From assembly GCF_036321535.1 (NCBI RefSeq), contig NC_087437.1, positions 2,852,001 through 2,916,000 on the forward strand: a stretch of DNA of 64,000 nt, given 5' to 3'. Both the position numbers and the translations under genes were made by a program. Below are positions 51,132 through 62,461 of the stretch, one piece after another (position 1 is the first letter of the stretch; the number at the start of each line of letters is the position of its first letter). The DNA is from Camelus dromedarius. Taxonomy: Eukaryota. Under the pieces are notes generated by a model. The model had not been told where the DNA came from, made no database searches, and saw nothing but the letters and a program-made list of their open reading frames with translations.

Positions 51132-51758
51132 AGATGCAGGAATACGGATGTGGGGCGTGAGGAGGGCCATGTCCCAGGTCTTGGTTGAGCCCCTGGGATG
51201 CGCCCCACCAAGTGTGGGTCCTTGGCTCCGTGCAGGAAAGAATTCAGGCGAGCCAACAGATGAGTAAAGGTAGGTTTATTTAGAGATACATCAAAAGGCA
51301 AGAGAAAGGCCACGGGGTGTCAGGGGTTGGGTGCTCAGGTTAGAGTAAAAATAAGTACACACTCCACAGAGAGTGCGGGCCGTCTCTGAAGAGTGAGAGA
51401 GAGGGGGTCCGTGAGGGGCAGTGTTGCCAGTTTTTATGGGCTCGGTAGCTTCATACGCTAATAAGTGGAAGGACCAGTCTAACTAGCCTGGGGAAGGGGA
51501 AGGGGCTGGGAATCCCAGGGAGTTAGCCATTGCCCACTCTTTGACCTTCTGTGGCTAGCCTTGGGACTGCCATGGTGCCTGTGGGCGTGTTATTTATCAT
51601 GTTAATATGTTACAATAGGCATATAATGAAGCTCAAGGAAGCCAAATCTCCCACCATCTTGAGCATCAAGGCCTCCTGGGGGTTGAATCCTCCCCCATCC
51701 TGATGTTAACTGCTGTGCTGTTCCTTGAATGGCTGTGCCCTGCCCCCTTCCTGTCTCA
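51132..51758 (-). mobile_element. ERV solo LTR, family B
   Basis: AGAC/AGGC TSD. Confidence 0.9.
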
Positions 51759-52055
51759 AGGCGACTTGGAAAACACGATCTCATTTTAATTCTCATAGCA
51801 ACTTTATGAGGCAGTATTGCCCCCATTTTACAGAGTGAAGAGCCAAGATTAAGAGGCTAAGATTTGATCCAAATCTTGCAGATGGTAAGCGGGGAATTGG
51901 AATCTGTGTCCTCCCATCATCCTAAAGGAATGAATAATGAACAAAGGACATAAAGGAATGAACAATGAATGGAAAACATTTCATTGCTCTTGAAATCTCA
52001 ATCTTTTGATGTTAAAAGCTGGGACCATTGGCAAACATTTATCAAACCAAACTAC

Positions 52056-52313
52056 CGATCTTTGCATCACACAACCTCGCATCATATTAAAGAAATGCCC
52101 ATTCTTGCTGAGACTCCCTCCTCCTCCATCTGCTGCCCTAACGAGGGTGACTCAGTTGCTGCCCTTTTACATGAAAACTTTTTTGTGTCTGAGATGAATT
52201 TTCTACTTTAGAAGAACGCCCCAGGGATCAATTGCATTATAAAGGCTTTATGAGAAAAACAGCTGTCATGGTGCGAAATCTCCAGCACCACTCAGACAGA
52301 AGATGCTCTGGTT
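52056..52313 (-). pseudogene. Candidate exon PEHLLSEWCWRFRTMTAVFLIKPL*..., decayed
   Basis: Acceptor tttcctcccctcag. The phase-1 start matches exon 52862-53010. Donor TCG|gtagtt. Multiple stops. Confidence 0.4.
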
Positions 52314-52861
52314 CTGAGGGGAGGAAACTCGAGACTGTGGCATTCGTAGTCAGCAGATCCAACCAGAATGGAATTGATTAAGAGTTTGAGAGAGCAGCTA
52401 TTGTGGTTTCCCTTGCATACATGTGTGTCATTTTATGAGCCAGACAGGGACAGGCCTTGTCATGTGGAGGTTCCTACTTTAGCCTGCAAATTCATGGTCC
52501 TGAATCGTCAGCCGAGGAGGAAAGAATTTCGTGGACAACGAAAGATATTCAGAAGACAGAGCCCTTGTTTCCGGTCACCTGAAGGCTGTGAGAGGAGTGG
52601 AGAGGGTTGCCGGGACAGCCCTCCCCATGAGATTCTGCCCCTAAGCCCCACCCCTAAATAGAGAGATTCTGGAGGCTTCATTTCCTGAGGGGCTCATTTT
52701 GCGGCTTTTGCCCTGGAAATGGAACCCCCGACTCTTATCTCAGTACCTACGCAGCGGGCCAAGCAGAGATTCCCAGGTGAGCCCAGAAGGCTGCCTGGGT
52801 TCCCAGGTGTTTTCTTTTCCATGCCGAGAAGACAGGGTGCAAAACTGGCCCTGAAATTCAC

Positions 52862-53010
52862 CAAGTGCATTGAAATTTTCCATGGCAGTTTGGATCGCTC
52901 CCAGCAGACGGAGCTCGTCAGCAGCGTTCTGGCGAAGCACACCTTGAACTTTTCCCAGAAGAACCTCAGAAAGGTTTGGTTTATACTTAGACTCTTTCGG
53001 AAGACTGGAG
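52862..53010 (-). pseudogene. Candidate exon SSLPKESKYKPNLSEVLLGKVQGVLRQNAADELRLLGAIQTAMENFNAL
   Basis: Long poly-T tract plus aaccaaag acceptor, donor TTG|gtgaat, open, phase 2-1, amphipathic helix-like peptide. Confidence 0.6.
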
Positions 53011-53191
53011 CTTTGGTTAAAAAAAAAAAAAAAAAAAGATGCACTTTTGCTTCTTTCTTGATTCATGGTCCATTCTTTCAGACACCAGAATTCAAAGGGA
53101 AAGAGGGAAAGCTGCTTTCCTTAAGTTCACAAATTTTTTGTTAACTCTGATATTTTCCATGGCTCAAAGAGGGGAAAAAATTCGAGAATAA

Positions 53192-53267
53192 TTCTTTTCA
53201 GTCTAGTCTCTTTGTTTTCTTTCCCACTTTTCTTTTCAGTCTAGTCTCTTTGTTTTCTTTCCCACTT
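53192..53267 (+). repeat. Perfect 38-bp tandem duplication
   Basis: ttcttttcagtctagtctctttgttttctttcccactt x2. Confidence 0.95.
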
Positions 53268-53618
53268 CAAGGATTTGAATGTGCCCTGTCACCGCTCTGA
53301 ACACATTGTGCTGCAGGTTTTTATTGGAGATCATTTGCTTACAACTCAAAGTCCCCTTCTTCTTGAAGCAGGTGTTTTTAGAAATGGTGGTGAGATGCTT
53401 ATACATGTCTCCTTAACCCCTGAGATGCCTGAAGGTCAGAGTCTCAGCACCATGTCTACAAAATCTGGGCAGTGTATATACCATGGTTTCCATGGAAAAT
53501 GGGTTCTGAATTCCTCTCCACTCAGTGGAGTTGCAGGGGCTGAAACTTTTCTCCTGGCACCAATAATTTGTCGGTTTGTTATCCTGGATTGTTGAGGGGG
53601 GATCTCAGGAGTTCTTAC

Positions 53619-53792
53619 CTTGTGTCACTCTTAAATGGGCAAAGACGGGCGGTAACCCTTCTGGGGGGACCTGAGCTCTCTCCCCATTATTCTTCCAACC
53701 AGAAGACACCTTTCCTCAAAACCAAGCCTCCAGTTTTCAGTAATGGACTAATTCTGTCTTTGGCAGGTGCTACCCCATAGTAAATTACAGTA
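53619..53792 (-). pseudogene. Candidate exon TVIYYGVAPAKDRISPLLKTGGLVLRKGVFWLEE*WGESSGPPRRVTARLCPFKSDT
   Basis: Acceptor tttgtgattacag, donor AAG|gtaaga, phase 2-2, one TAA. Confidence 0.55.
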
Positions 53793-56564
53793 CTGTAATC
53801 ACAAATTTTATCCATTATAAAGGATATCAGGGTGTGTGTGTGTGGAATTGAAGTAGAAAAGTGCTTAAAATGCAGTTCAGAGTGTAGCAGAATCAGAGGA
53901 AAACTTCGATGGTGAGTAATTCACTGAAAAATCTTTTAGAAACTGCAGGTCGCTTTTATCATCACTGCTGGGACATACACCTAACTTCTGTGTAATAAAC
54001 TGGTAATCTAGTGAGTAAACGAGTTATCTGAGTCCCATGAGCAACTTTTGCAATTAATCAAACCCAAGGAGGGGGTCGCAGAGACCTGATTTGTAACCTG
54101 TTGATCAGAAGCACAGGTAACAACCTGGACTTGCAATTGGCATTTGAAGGAGAGGGCAGTCTTGTGGGACTGAGCCGTTAACCTGTGAAATCTGATGCTG
54201 TCTCTGGGTAGGTAGTGCCAGAATTGTGCGGGGTTGTAGGACACCCAGCCGGGGCTGGGGCATTGCTTGGTGTGAGGAAAAAAATTCACATATCAGAATT
54301 GGTGTCAGAACCATGTCACAGAAGTGCAAACTCAAGGCCAACGCATTTGAGTTTACTCAAACTTTAGATTGCTTATGATTCATCCTGCGATCTTGCTAAA
54401 ATGAAGATCCATTCTGGTTCAGCGCATCTTCAGTGGGGTCTGAGAGTTTTCATTTCTAACCCATTCCCCATGGTCCTAATTTCAGGGACTCTGTCTGAGT
54501 GGCCAGGGTCCAGATTTCTTTAAGGTCAAAAATGCCATGACTTTATGGTAGGGGGTATAGAAGGTGTAACTTTGTCACCATTCATTCATTTAGTGAATAT
54601 TTACCTGGTGCTCAACATAAGTCAAGACCTGTGCCGGACGTTGGGATTGCAGAGGTGAATGTGGTCCAGTCCCATTTAGAAAGTCACACCCTATTCAGGG
54701 AGACAGACATTGAAACAAACATTTTTCAAAATCACTCTGACCCAGATTCCTAAAACAGCTCTTTTCATTTTCTTAAAATCCTTATCTATTCTCTGGCTAA
54801 GTTCCTTTTGTTCACCCATCCTGAGGTTATCTTAAAAGATATGATGTCAGCGGGATGCTGATTGGCATGTCTCTAATGAAAAAACACCTGGGCTTAAGCA
54901 TCACCGAGTTCACTCTGAGTCTCAGCTCTTTCACAGCCCTGAGACCCTGGTCAGAATCCTCGAGGCCTCAATTTTCCTGTTGCAAAATGGGGAGACTTAT
55001 ACCTTACTCGCTTATCATGTGGGATTTTCATGTGGCTCAGACTGAGAATGGACATGAAATATGTTTGAAATTGTCAAAAGATGTCTAAATGTAAAGAGAT
55101 TTTCAATTTATCACGTGCCCAGGCGGTACAGTGTTATCTGTAATGGTGAAAAATATTGGCAATAAATGCAAATGTCTCAAAAATGGGACTGCATGAGGTT
55201 AAGGCCATAGGACTGGTTCCAGCCAATGGAACTAATTGTCATGAAAAGCCAGTGTGCTTCTCCCGCCCAGCCTCCCCTGGTGCAGACGCCCTGAAGGCCA
55301 CACAGACAAGATTATGGAACTTACATGTTGGGAGGAGCCCAGATTTCCAAGCCACTGTTTGGAGGAGGACCACATGTTCTATGTCACACTTTTTGAGAGG
55401 CTAAAATAAACTTTCGTTGTGTTAGGCTCTTGAAATCTTGAAGTATCTATTATCACAGAATAGCTTATCCCTTGCTGACTAAGAGTACAGTTAACTCCTT
55501 CAGACTTTCTGTGCATTTAGATATATAAGCAATTACAAAGACAGTATTTTTGCCATAAATGCTCTCTCACTGCATATACTGGATTGTAATTTATTATTTC
55601 CGCTCAATAATATATGGGAGATGTGTTTTACATTGTTTCATATAGATCTAGCTTGTTCTTTCAGTAGATACAAAGTATTCTTATGAGACAGCAGCCTTTC
55701 CTAGCTGATGTATTCAATTTCTCACTCTGGTTTTCTCAAACAAGGCTGAAATAAGCATATTTGGACCTGCCCTGTGGGATACACGTGGACGATTGTTTAG
55801 AATCGACACTGAGAAGGACAACTGTGGAGCTACAGTGCATATGCATTTCAAATGTCAATAATTACTGCCCAAATGCCCTCCAAATTAACTGTTTTTGTAT
55901 TAAGTATTTGTACAGGTTTTTTTTTTTTTTTTCTGGTTTTTGCGTTAAGTACAAACTGAATTTATACTCTCACCAGCCCAGTGTGAGAGTGCTCATACCC
56001 CACGGCTTCATATTCCTCCTGAAGTAAGAATATCTAAAAATCATTGTTTATCTGTTTCTGTGTAACCAGCTACCCCCAAACTTAGTAGCTAGAAACAACA
56101 ATCATTTTATTATTTCTTGTGACTTTATAGCCTCACTGGACTCAGGTGGGTGGCTTTTCTGCTTTTTGTGTCCAGGGCCGGGCTGCGGTCATCTGGGGAC
56201 TCAGCTGTCCTGCATGTCTGAGGCAGGTCGATCTCGTGGTCGCCAGTGTGTCTCCTCCGGGTGGCTTGAAATCTGGTAGAAAAGCGGCTGGACTCCTGGA
56301 AAGGAAGCAGAAGCTGTCCGTTCTCTTAGGGCCTGGGCTCTGAAGTCCCAGAGCATCGTTTGCCCCATATTGGTCAAAACACTCCCAGAGCAGCCCAGCT
56401 TCAAGGGCAGAAGGACTCGGAAATTGGTGGCCATCTTTGGAGACTATTGACACAGTGACTGTATATAACAAACCAATATTTTTATCTGAGAGTTTGAACA
56501 AAATTGAAAAAATGGTATCTATCTGCAGAACTTCCAATAAACTAGTAGAGCTTCATGTCTGGGA

Positions 56565-57297
56565 TTTTTTTTTAAGTTCTTTTTTTTAAATTGAAGTCTC
56601 ATCAGTTTACAATGTTGCATCAATTTCTGATGTACAGAACAATGTTTTAGTCATACATGTACATACATATATTCCTTTTCATATTCTTTTTCATTATAGA
56701 TTACTACAAGATATTGAATGTAGTTCCCTATGCTGTACAGCAGGACCTTGTTGTTTATCTATTTTATATATACTAGTTTGTATCTGCAAATCCCAAATCC
56801 CGAACTTCCAATTTATCCCTTCCCACCTCCTTCCCCACTGGTAACCATGAGCTTGTTTTCTATGTCTGTGAGTCTGTTTCTGTTTTGTAAGTAAGTTCGT
56901 TTGTGTCTTTCTTAGGTTACACATATGAGTGATATCATATGGTATTTTTCTTTCTCTTTCTGGTTTACTTCACTTAGTATGATATTCTCCATGTCCATCC
57001 ATGTTGCTGCAAATGGTGTTATTTTATTCTTTTTTTTGGCTGAGTAGTACTCCATTGTAGAAATGTACCACAGCTTCTTTATCCAGTCATCTGTCAGTGG
57101 ACATGTAGGTTGCGTCTGTGTCTGGGCTATTGTAAATAGTGCTGCTATGAACATTGGGTGTATGTGTCTTTTCGTGTTAGAGTTCTCTCCAGATATATGC
57201 CCAGGAGTGGGATGGCTGGATCATATAGTAAGTCTATTTTTAGCTTTTTGAGGAGTCTCCATACTGCTTTCCATAGTGGCTGCACCAAATTACATTC
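56565..57297 (-). mobile_element. L1 3' fragment with ORF2 C-terminus
   Basis: ORFs 56912-57154 and 57145-57345 ([32 protein letters not shown]). Confidence 0.95.
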
Positions 57298-57868
57298 AAA
57301 TGCGGAATTCTTGATGATCAAGCGAATGTGCTCTGGGCTAATCAAGTTGGAGAAGTAGGAATGCTATCAGCTTGAAGGTCAGTCATCCTACCAGTGACTA
57401 TGCACGTCAAGGTGGAACAAGCTGTAATTTCTTCACTTTCTAATACTGTCTGAATATACCAGGTGAAAAGAAAATGAGGAATCAGGTTCAGGCTCACTTC
57501 TAGTTATCAGGTATTTGGGAGCCTCAAGGTTAGGCGTGATGGGAAGCATTCAAAATAAATGATTCAGACGTGAGCCAGGACTGCATCGTTCAGAGTGACA
57601 GCTCGTTAATTACTCTCCTCTCCAGAGCGAGGGAGGGGGAGGAGGTGAGGCAGATGAAGGGGGTTGTGGCGGGAGGGCAGGGCAGGGGCAGGGCAGGGGC
57701 TGGGCAGGGGCTTGGAGCCAAGTCCACTGATGCCCCAAGTATGCCGGATGGATCAGGAAGACCTTCCTGACTTGGGGTTTGATTTAGTTACACCATTGAG
57801 GGTGGCCTCTGGAATGGTGGGAAGAAATAAGAACCAGAGTTTGGGCTCGAGGGGAAGAAGGTATTTAC

Positions 57869-57975
57869 CATCTCCATCTGCTCATGGCTCCAAGAAAGGA
57901 TGCTTCCTTTCAGCCTCTTCTAGAGAAGATGTCTATGAAAATATTCACAGTCTTGATTGTATTATCTTAAATTTG
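57869..57975 (-). pseudogene. Candidate exon NLR*YNQDCEYFHRHLL*KRLKGSILSWSHEQMEM
   Basis: Acceptor gtcttattccag, donor ATG|gtaaat. All three frames contain stops. Confidence 0.55.
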
Positions 57976-58051
57976 CTGGAATAAGACCATTAAGCACCAA
58001 ATTTAGGGCCTCCTAAAATGTTGGGACACTGAGTTAGAAATACAAAAAGTT

Positions 58052-58157
58052 GGGGGAACAGGTATAGCTCAGGGGTCGAGTGCATGCTTAACATGCACGA
58101 GGTCTTGAGTTCAACCCCCAGGACCTCCAATAATTTAAAAGAGAGAGAGAGAGAGAA
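58052..58157 (+). mobile_element. tRNA-Ala-derived SINE with a (GA)n tail
   Basis: Perfect 16-bp TSD agaaatacaaaaagtt (58036-58051, 58158-58173). Confidence 0.9.
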
Positions 58158-58579
58158 AGAAATACAAAAAGTTTATTGAGGAGTAACACCTTTGAAAGGG
58201 AAAGAGAGTGTAGGGTTGGACACAGAGAGTTTAGACTGTGATGCTGAAATGGCAAAGCCTCCGCTGGCCCTGTGGGGAGTGTGGGTGTGGAGGAAATTGT
58301 CCATATGAGGAGTCCCGCATTGGGTGGACATGGCTAGTTCTTGTGCCCCGTGTCTTGCTTAATTATGAGCTGGGAGCTTCGCCTGGGGTAGCAAGACCTC
58401 AAGCACCATTGCTTTAGTCAGTCCTTGCCTGGGGACTGTCCCTGGGATGGTGTGGCCCTGGCTGGGAAGTGGAGGCAGACCGCGGGAGGACTTAACAGCT
58501 GGGAGCTCTCCAGCTGGGCAGCGAGCTCTCTTGAAGGTGGAGGATCTGAGTGGTGTTTCTCTGTGCCCGCCACAAGTAC

Positions 58580-58704
58580 CTTTTCTTCCTCCGTTGTTTT
58601 CTTTTTGCAATTTTCTTTAAAGCTGCGTTGCAAAAGCAAGATGCTCTCTGCTGGCAATTTCATCATCAGATTCTTGGTTGCAAGTATTAGAGAGAGACTT
58701 GAAC
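58580..58704 (-). pseudogene. Candidate exon FKSLSNTCNQESDDEIASREHLAFATQL*RKLQKENNGGRK (alternative open frame SSLSLILATKNLMMKLPAESILLLQRSFKENCKKKTTEEEK)
   Basis: Strong acceptor cccttttctcctacacag, donor AAG|gtactt. Confidence 0.65.
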
Positions 58705-59105
58705 CTGTGTAGGAGAAAAGGGGAGTTCACGGCTCATGTCATCAAACCAAGGCCAGAAATGACGGAAACTAGAATCTCAGATGCTCCCAAGGTGGTCCCT
58801 GCCTTTTCCCCCAACACCCCCTGGTATGGTGGGGTTTTCTTCAAGAGTGCTGGAAAACATATCTGCCCTGTGGTCACCATTCTCTGCTTCTGCAGACAGA
58901 GGAGAAGGGTCTCCTCCTCTTGGTTTTAATTTTAAAAATCTCAAGAAAGGTGTCCACTGGGCCAGCTGGGGCTGTGTGCCCACTGCTGAGGCAGCCCACT
59001 GCCAAGGAAGCCCGGTGGAAAGCTGGCAGCCCCCGTGTAAACTACGTGGTCAAAAGGGCACTTCCCAGAGGCAGGGTGCCTGCCTGAACCCCACCACACA
59101 CTTCC

Positions 59106-59357
59106 CTAGCCCAGTGTTCCTCTTCTAGTTGTTTCCAGCAGACACTCAGTTTAAAGGTGAATGAATTCTCTGCGTTAACCAGACTCTTGGAGCGGCATTT
59201 AGGCTGCTCGAGCCTTCCTAACTTAAGGTCAGTGTTTCTCAGCTGTTTCAGTTGGCGTCCTTTTGAAAGAACATTAAGAATGTCCAAACCTCAATCCTCC
59301 CAGATGGCAGAGATGCGGACACTCTGCCCTCCCCGACTCCATTGAGAACCTCTACAA
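59106..59357 (-). pseudogene. Candidate exon ...SVRISAIWED*GLDILNVLSKGRQLKQLRNTDLKLGRLEQPKCRSKSLVNAENSFTFKLSVCWKQLEEEHWA
   Basis: Acceptor aatcttcttag, 83 codons with one TGA. Ends at AG|ggaagt (GT>GG dead donor inferred). Confidence 0.55.
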
Positions 59358-60067
59358 CTAAGAAGATTTGTGGTTTTATTCTTCTATGGTTTTGGTATCA
59401 GTTGGGTATTGCAGGAAAACAAAGTATTCCAAGACTCAGTGGGTTTGAGCAACAAGCATTTATTTTGGCTCACAAGGCTATGGGCTGGCTGGGTGCTGTG
59501 GGGTGGGTGGCCATGTGGATCAAGGCTGTGTTTGCTCACATGTCTGGCTGTTGGTTGGTTAGAGGCTGGTCTAGGATGGCCTCATCTGGGACAACCGGGC
59601 TTTGTGCCGGCTGGGCTCTCTTCCTCCAGCAGGTTAGCTCAGGCTTGCTTGTGTGCTGGTGACAGGCTTCCAAGGGAATGGGAAGAAGCCTGCCAAGCCT
59701 CTTGACCTAGGCTTGGACCTGGAAAAGTGTCAAAACAGGCTCTATCTAAGGGACGAGAAAATAAACTCTACCTCTTGATGGAAGGAGCTGCAAAGCCACA
59801 TTGTAAAAATGCAGATAGATGAAGACACATGAAGAATTATGGTCAGTTTCGCAAAAAAATTGACCACTGCTTCACCTCCCAGGACCCCCCTTATTATGAA
59901 ATGACAGACACTCGGCACTAACAGGTCACTGCAGCAGGTGATGGAGCATGTGTCCTCAGACACAGGACTTGGGTTTAACGCATGTGTCTTTTTTAAATTA
60001 AGCAATCAATAATATGATGAAATACTGTCTTCTAAAAATGATGGAAAGGATAAAAATACCCAGGAAA

Positions 60068-60157
60068 GAGGGAGGGTGCAGCTCAGTGGTAGAGCACGTG
60101 CTCAGCATGTATGAGGTCCTGGGTTCAATCCCCAGCACCTCCATTAAAAAAAAAAAA
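60068..60157 (+). mobile_element. tRNA-Ala-derived SINE (short form)
   Basis: Head plus poly(A); caggaaa flanks. Confidence 0.9.
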
Positions 60158-61492
60158 ATCAGGAAAAATTGCCTCCTAAGACCCAAAGTTTTGGTAGTAG
60201 GTGATAGACCGGTGTGGTTCCAGATTTGGGCTGTGTAACAAACTAGCCCAAAACTCAATGGCATAAAATAACTATCTTCTCATACTCACAGATTCTGTGC
60301 ATCAGGAATCCAGACAGAGCACAGCCTTCTCTGATGATCCTTGATGTCTGGGGCCTCAAATCCAAATTCTGGGCGTCTCTCAGTGGCTCGAGGGCTGGAC
60401 CTGAGGACGTGTTCACCCACATGTCCATCCTGGCTGTTGGCTGGACCCCAGTTGGGCTCTCACCTTGAACACCTGCATGTGACCTCTGCATGTGGTCTGC
60501 TTTGGGCTTCCCTACACTTGGTGATGAGATTCCAAGACCAGTGTCTCCAGGGGACACGGTGGAAGCTAACGGAATTTTCACGATGTCACACCAGAAGCTG
60601 CCTGGCATCACTCCTGCTCCGTTGATTGAGGAAGCCACGAAGATCTGCCAGAGTTTGAGCGGAGGGGACTCAGCACTCCCTGGAGGAGCATCAGGGCACC
60701 GTATAAGAGGGATAACGTTGCGGTCATTTTTGGAAAGTGCAGCCTGTCACAAATGCCCATTCCTTTCTTGTGATTTAGTGCCTGGGCTCGTGATAACCAG
60801 CATCTTTGCTGGTGCTGGACTCTCACGACATCAGCACTGTCCTGGACATAACAAGAGCCTCTGGCAGATCTCATCCTAAAAGAGCACCCTGAGGCGGAAA
60901 CCAAGTGGCCAGAATCCCAAATCCAGCTCTGCCACAACTCGCTGGACCTCAGCACCTCATCTATAAAGTACAAGAGGTCTAAGAAGTTAAGAACTCTGTT
61001 CTTAAGTTACTGGGGGAAGGAATTTGCTCCTTGGGCATTAAGTTGGATTCTCAAACCTCATCAGCGGTGATCTTTATACCAGGCATTGCACGCCTCCTTT
61101 TTAGAGAAACTCCCCTCGCCCAGAGAGCGCGGTCTTCTGTGCCACGTGGCCCTCCTCCCTACCCACCACCAGGCCAGTTCTTTGTCCCAGGGAGCCACCC
61201 GCCTAAGCTCCTCCTCCTGGGGACCTGGAGTTTCAGATGAGGGGTGGCTAGGTGATGCTGTGTTGGAGTGACAAGTTGTGTTGAACTGTTAACTCTTTCT
61301 CCCCATAGACCACTGAAGCACACAACGTTGTTTTGCAGAAATACAGGAGTAAGGCCTTTGTGAAGGCAGAGTCAGAGATGAGAGAGAGAAGGAGGGGCCG
61401 GTTGAGAGAGAGAGAGAGCTGGCGTGAGTAACACTGCTCATGGTTTTATGGTCCCTGGTTTCAGCCTCTTGTAAGATTGAGCTGTGCTTTAC

Positions 61493-61737
61493 CCATTTCA
61501 GTTCTAAGAAATCCTTGCGGTTTCTAGAAAGCTACCCATGTGCCAGAGAAATACAAATCGCATTCTATTCTTTTCAACAAATCATGCCAGACCAAGAGGC
61601 ATGTTCCAACTTCAGTGTGATAAACTTGACAGTGTGTAACCCAGGTGAGACCCATCCGTTTCAGGACACTGTCCTCTCCCAGTTCTCACCAGTCGCAGCC
61701 TGGTGCCCATATTGTCAAACCTTGGCTGAGTCTCACC
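61493..61737 (-). pseudogene. Candidate exon VRLSQGLTIWAPGCDW*ELGEDSVLKRMGLTWVTHCQVYHTEVGTCLLVWHDLLKRIECDLYFSGTWVAF*KPQGFLRTEM
   Basis: Acceptor cctgcag, donor TGG|gtaaag, 81 codons with 2 stops. Confidence 0.5.
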
Positions 61738-62107
61738 CTGCAGGTTATTATTCCATGAGGACACAGAAGAGGGAAGGAGAAAAGTTGCAAATATCATCCC
61801 TGGAAGAGACCTTGGAGATGGGCTGGAGACCAGGCCCCTCATACTGGCGGGAACTGAGCGCAGAGAGACTTGTCCGAAGTTGTAGATTAGTCATCAGTAG
61901 AGCTGGGATGAAAAATCACATCTGATTGTTATTTCAGCTGCTGTCTGACTTTAGATCAGCCGGGGCTACCTCGGAGAAGGACAGCAGCTGACTGCGCAAT
62001 CACACTCGTCCTCTGCACGCTTTTCTCTGCACCTCTGTTCTCATGGGAGTCGGGCTCTGTAGGGAAATCTTTCCTTACTGTTAGCAGGGGCAGACGTTGG
62101 TTATTAC

Positions 62108-62193
62108 CCTGATGCAGGGGCCGTAAGTGCCAAGCAGGATAAATGAGGCTCATTTTCCGGGTAAAATTAAATTTGTGCAAGCCCAGTGTGTTC
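62108..62193 (-). pseudogene. Candidate exon NTLGLHKFNFTRKMSLIYPAWHLRPLHQ
   Basis: Acceptor tgctgccgttttcag, donor AGG|gtaata. May extend to about 62292. Confidence 0.35.
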
Positions 62194-62461
62194 CTGAAAA
62201 CGGCAGCAACGCAACTGAGGTTGTATCATGCACAAGCATCGAAAGCCCTTGCCCACCTTCCCAGTGGGAGAGGGGGATTGATGTGGTGTCACCTAGTTCC
62301 GTGACTTTGATTACATTGTACCCAAAAGACAAGGTGTTTCTATTAAAGTTTATATTCTGGACTATTTTAAACATAGACAAAAGGGCACAGAAATAGTGAA
62401 ATGAGTCCCCAGACAACAAAGTTTTTTAAAAAAGCTTTATTAATGTAATTGGTGTAGAGTA

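Larger units (their letters stand above)
1..62193 (-). pseudogene. Large decayed multi-exon gene (unitary pseudogene candidate), product unidentified; may be two adjacent genes
   Basis: More than 20 unique-sequence segments are bounded by minus-strand polypyrimidine-AG acceptors and GT donors. Phase-compatible runs occur at 59.4-57.9 kb, 53.8-52.1 kb, 47.7-46.4 kb, 35.8-35.4 kb and 4.8-3.0 kb. In-frame stops and mutated splice sites are scattered throughout. Confidence 0.65.

Noticed and set aside
52835..52972. Plus-strand exon-like segment GAKLALKFTKCIEIFHGSLDRSQQTELVSSVLAKHTLNFSQKNLRK
   Set aside because: It overlaps a minus-strand exon with a better acceptor and phase-compatible neighbours, and has no plus-strand partner exons.
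53343..53553. Additional exon with a gtaagc donor
   Set aside because: Weak acceptor, a 65-nt upstream intron and stops in the frames I translated. The flanking exons already join in phase without it.
57869..59357. Naming the fossil gene (remembered short resemblances: QLEEEHW to CCDC148, NLSEVLL to RGSL1)
   Set aside because: These are only few-residue matches from memory and the other exons do not fit, so no symbol is assigned.
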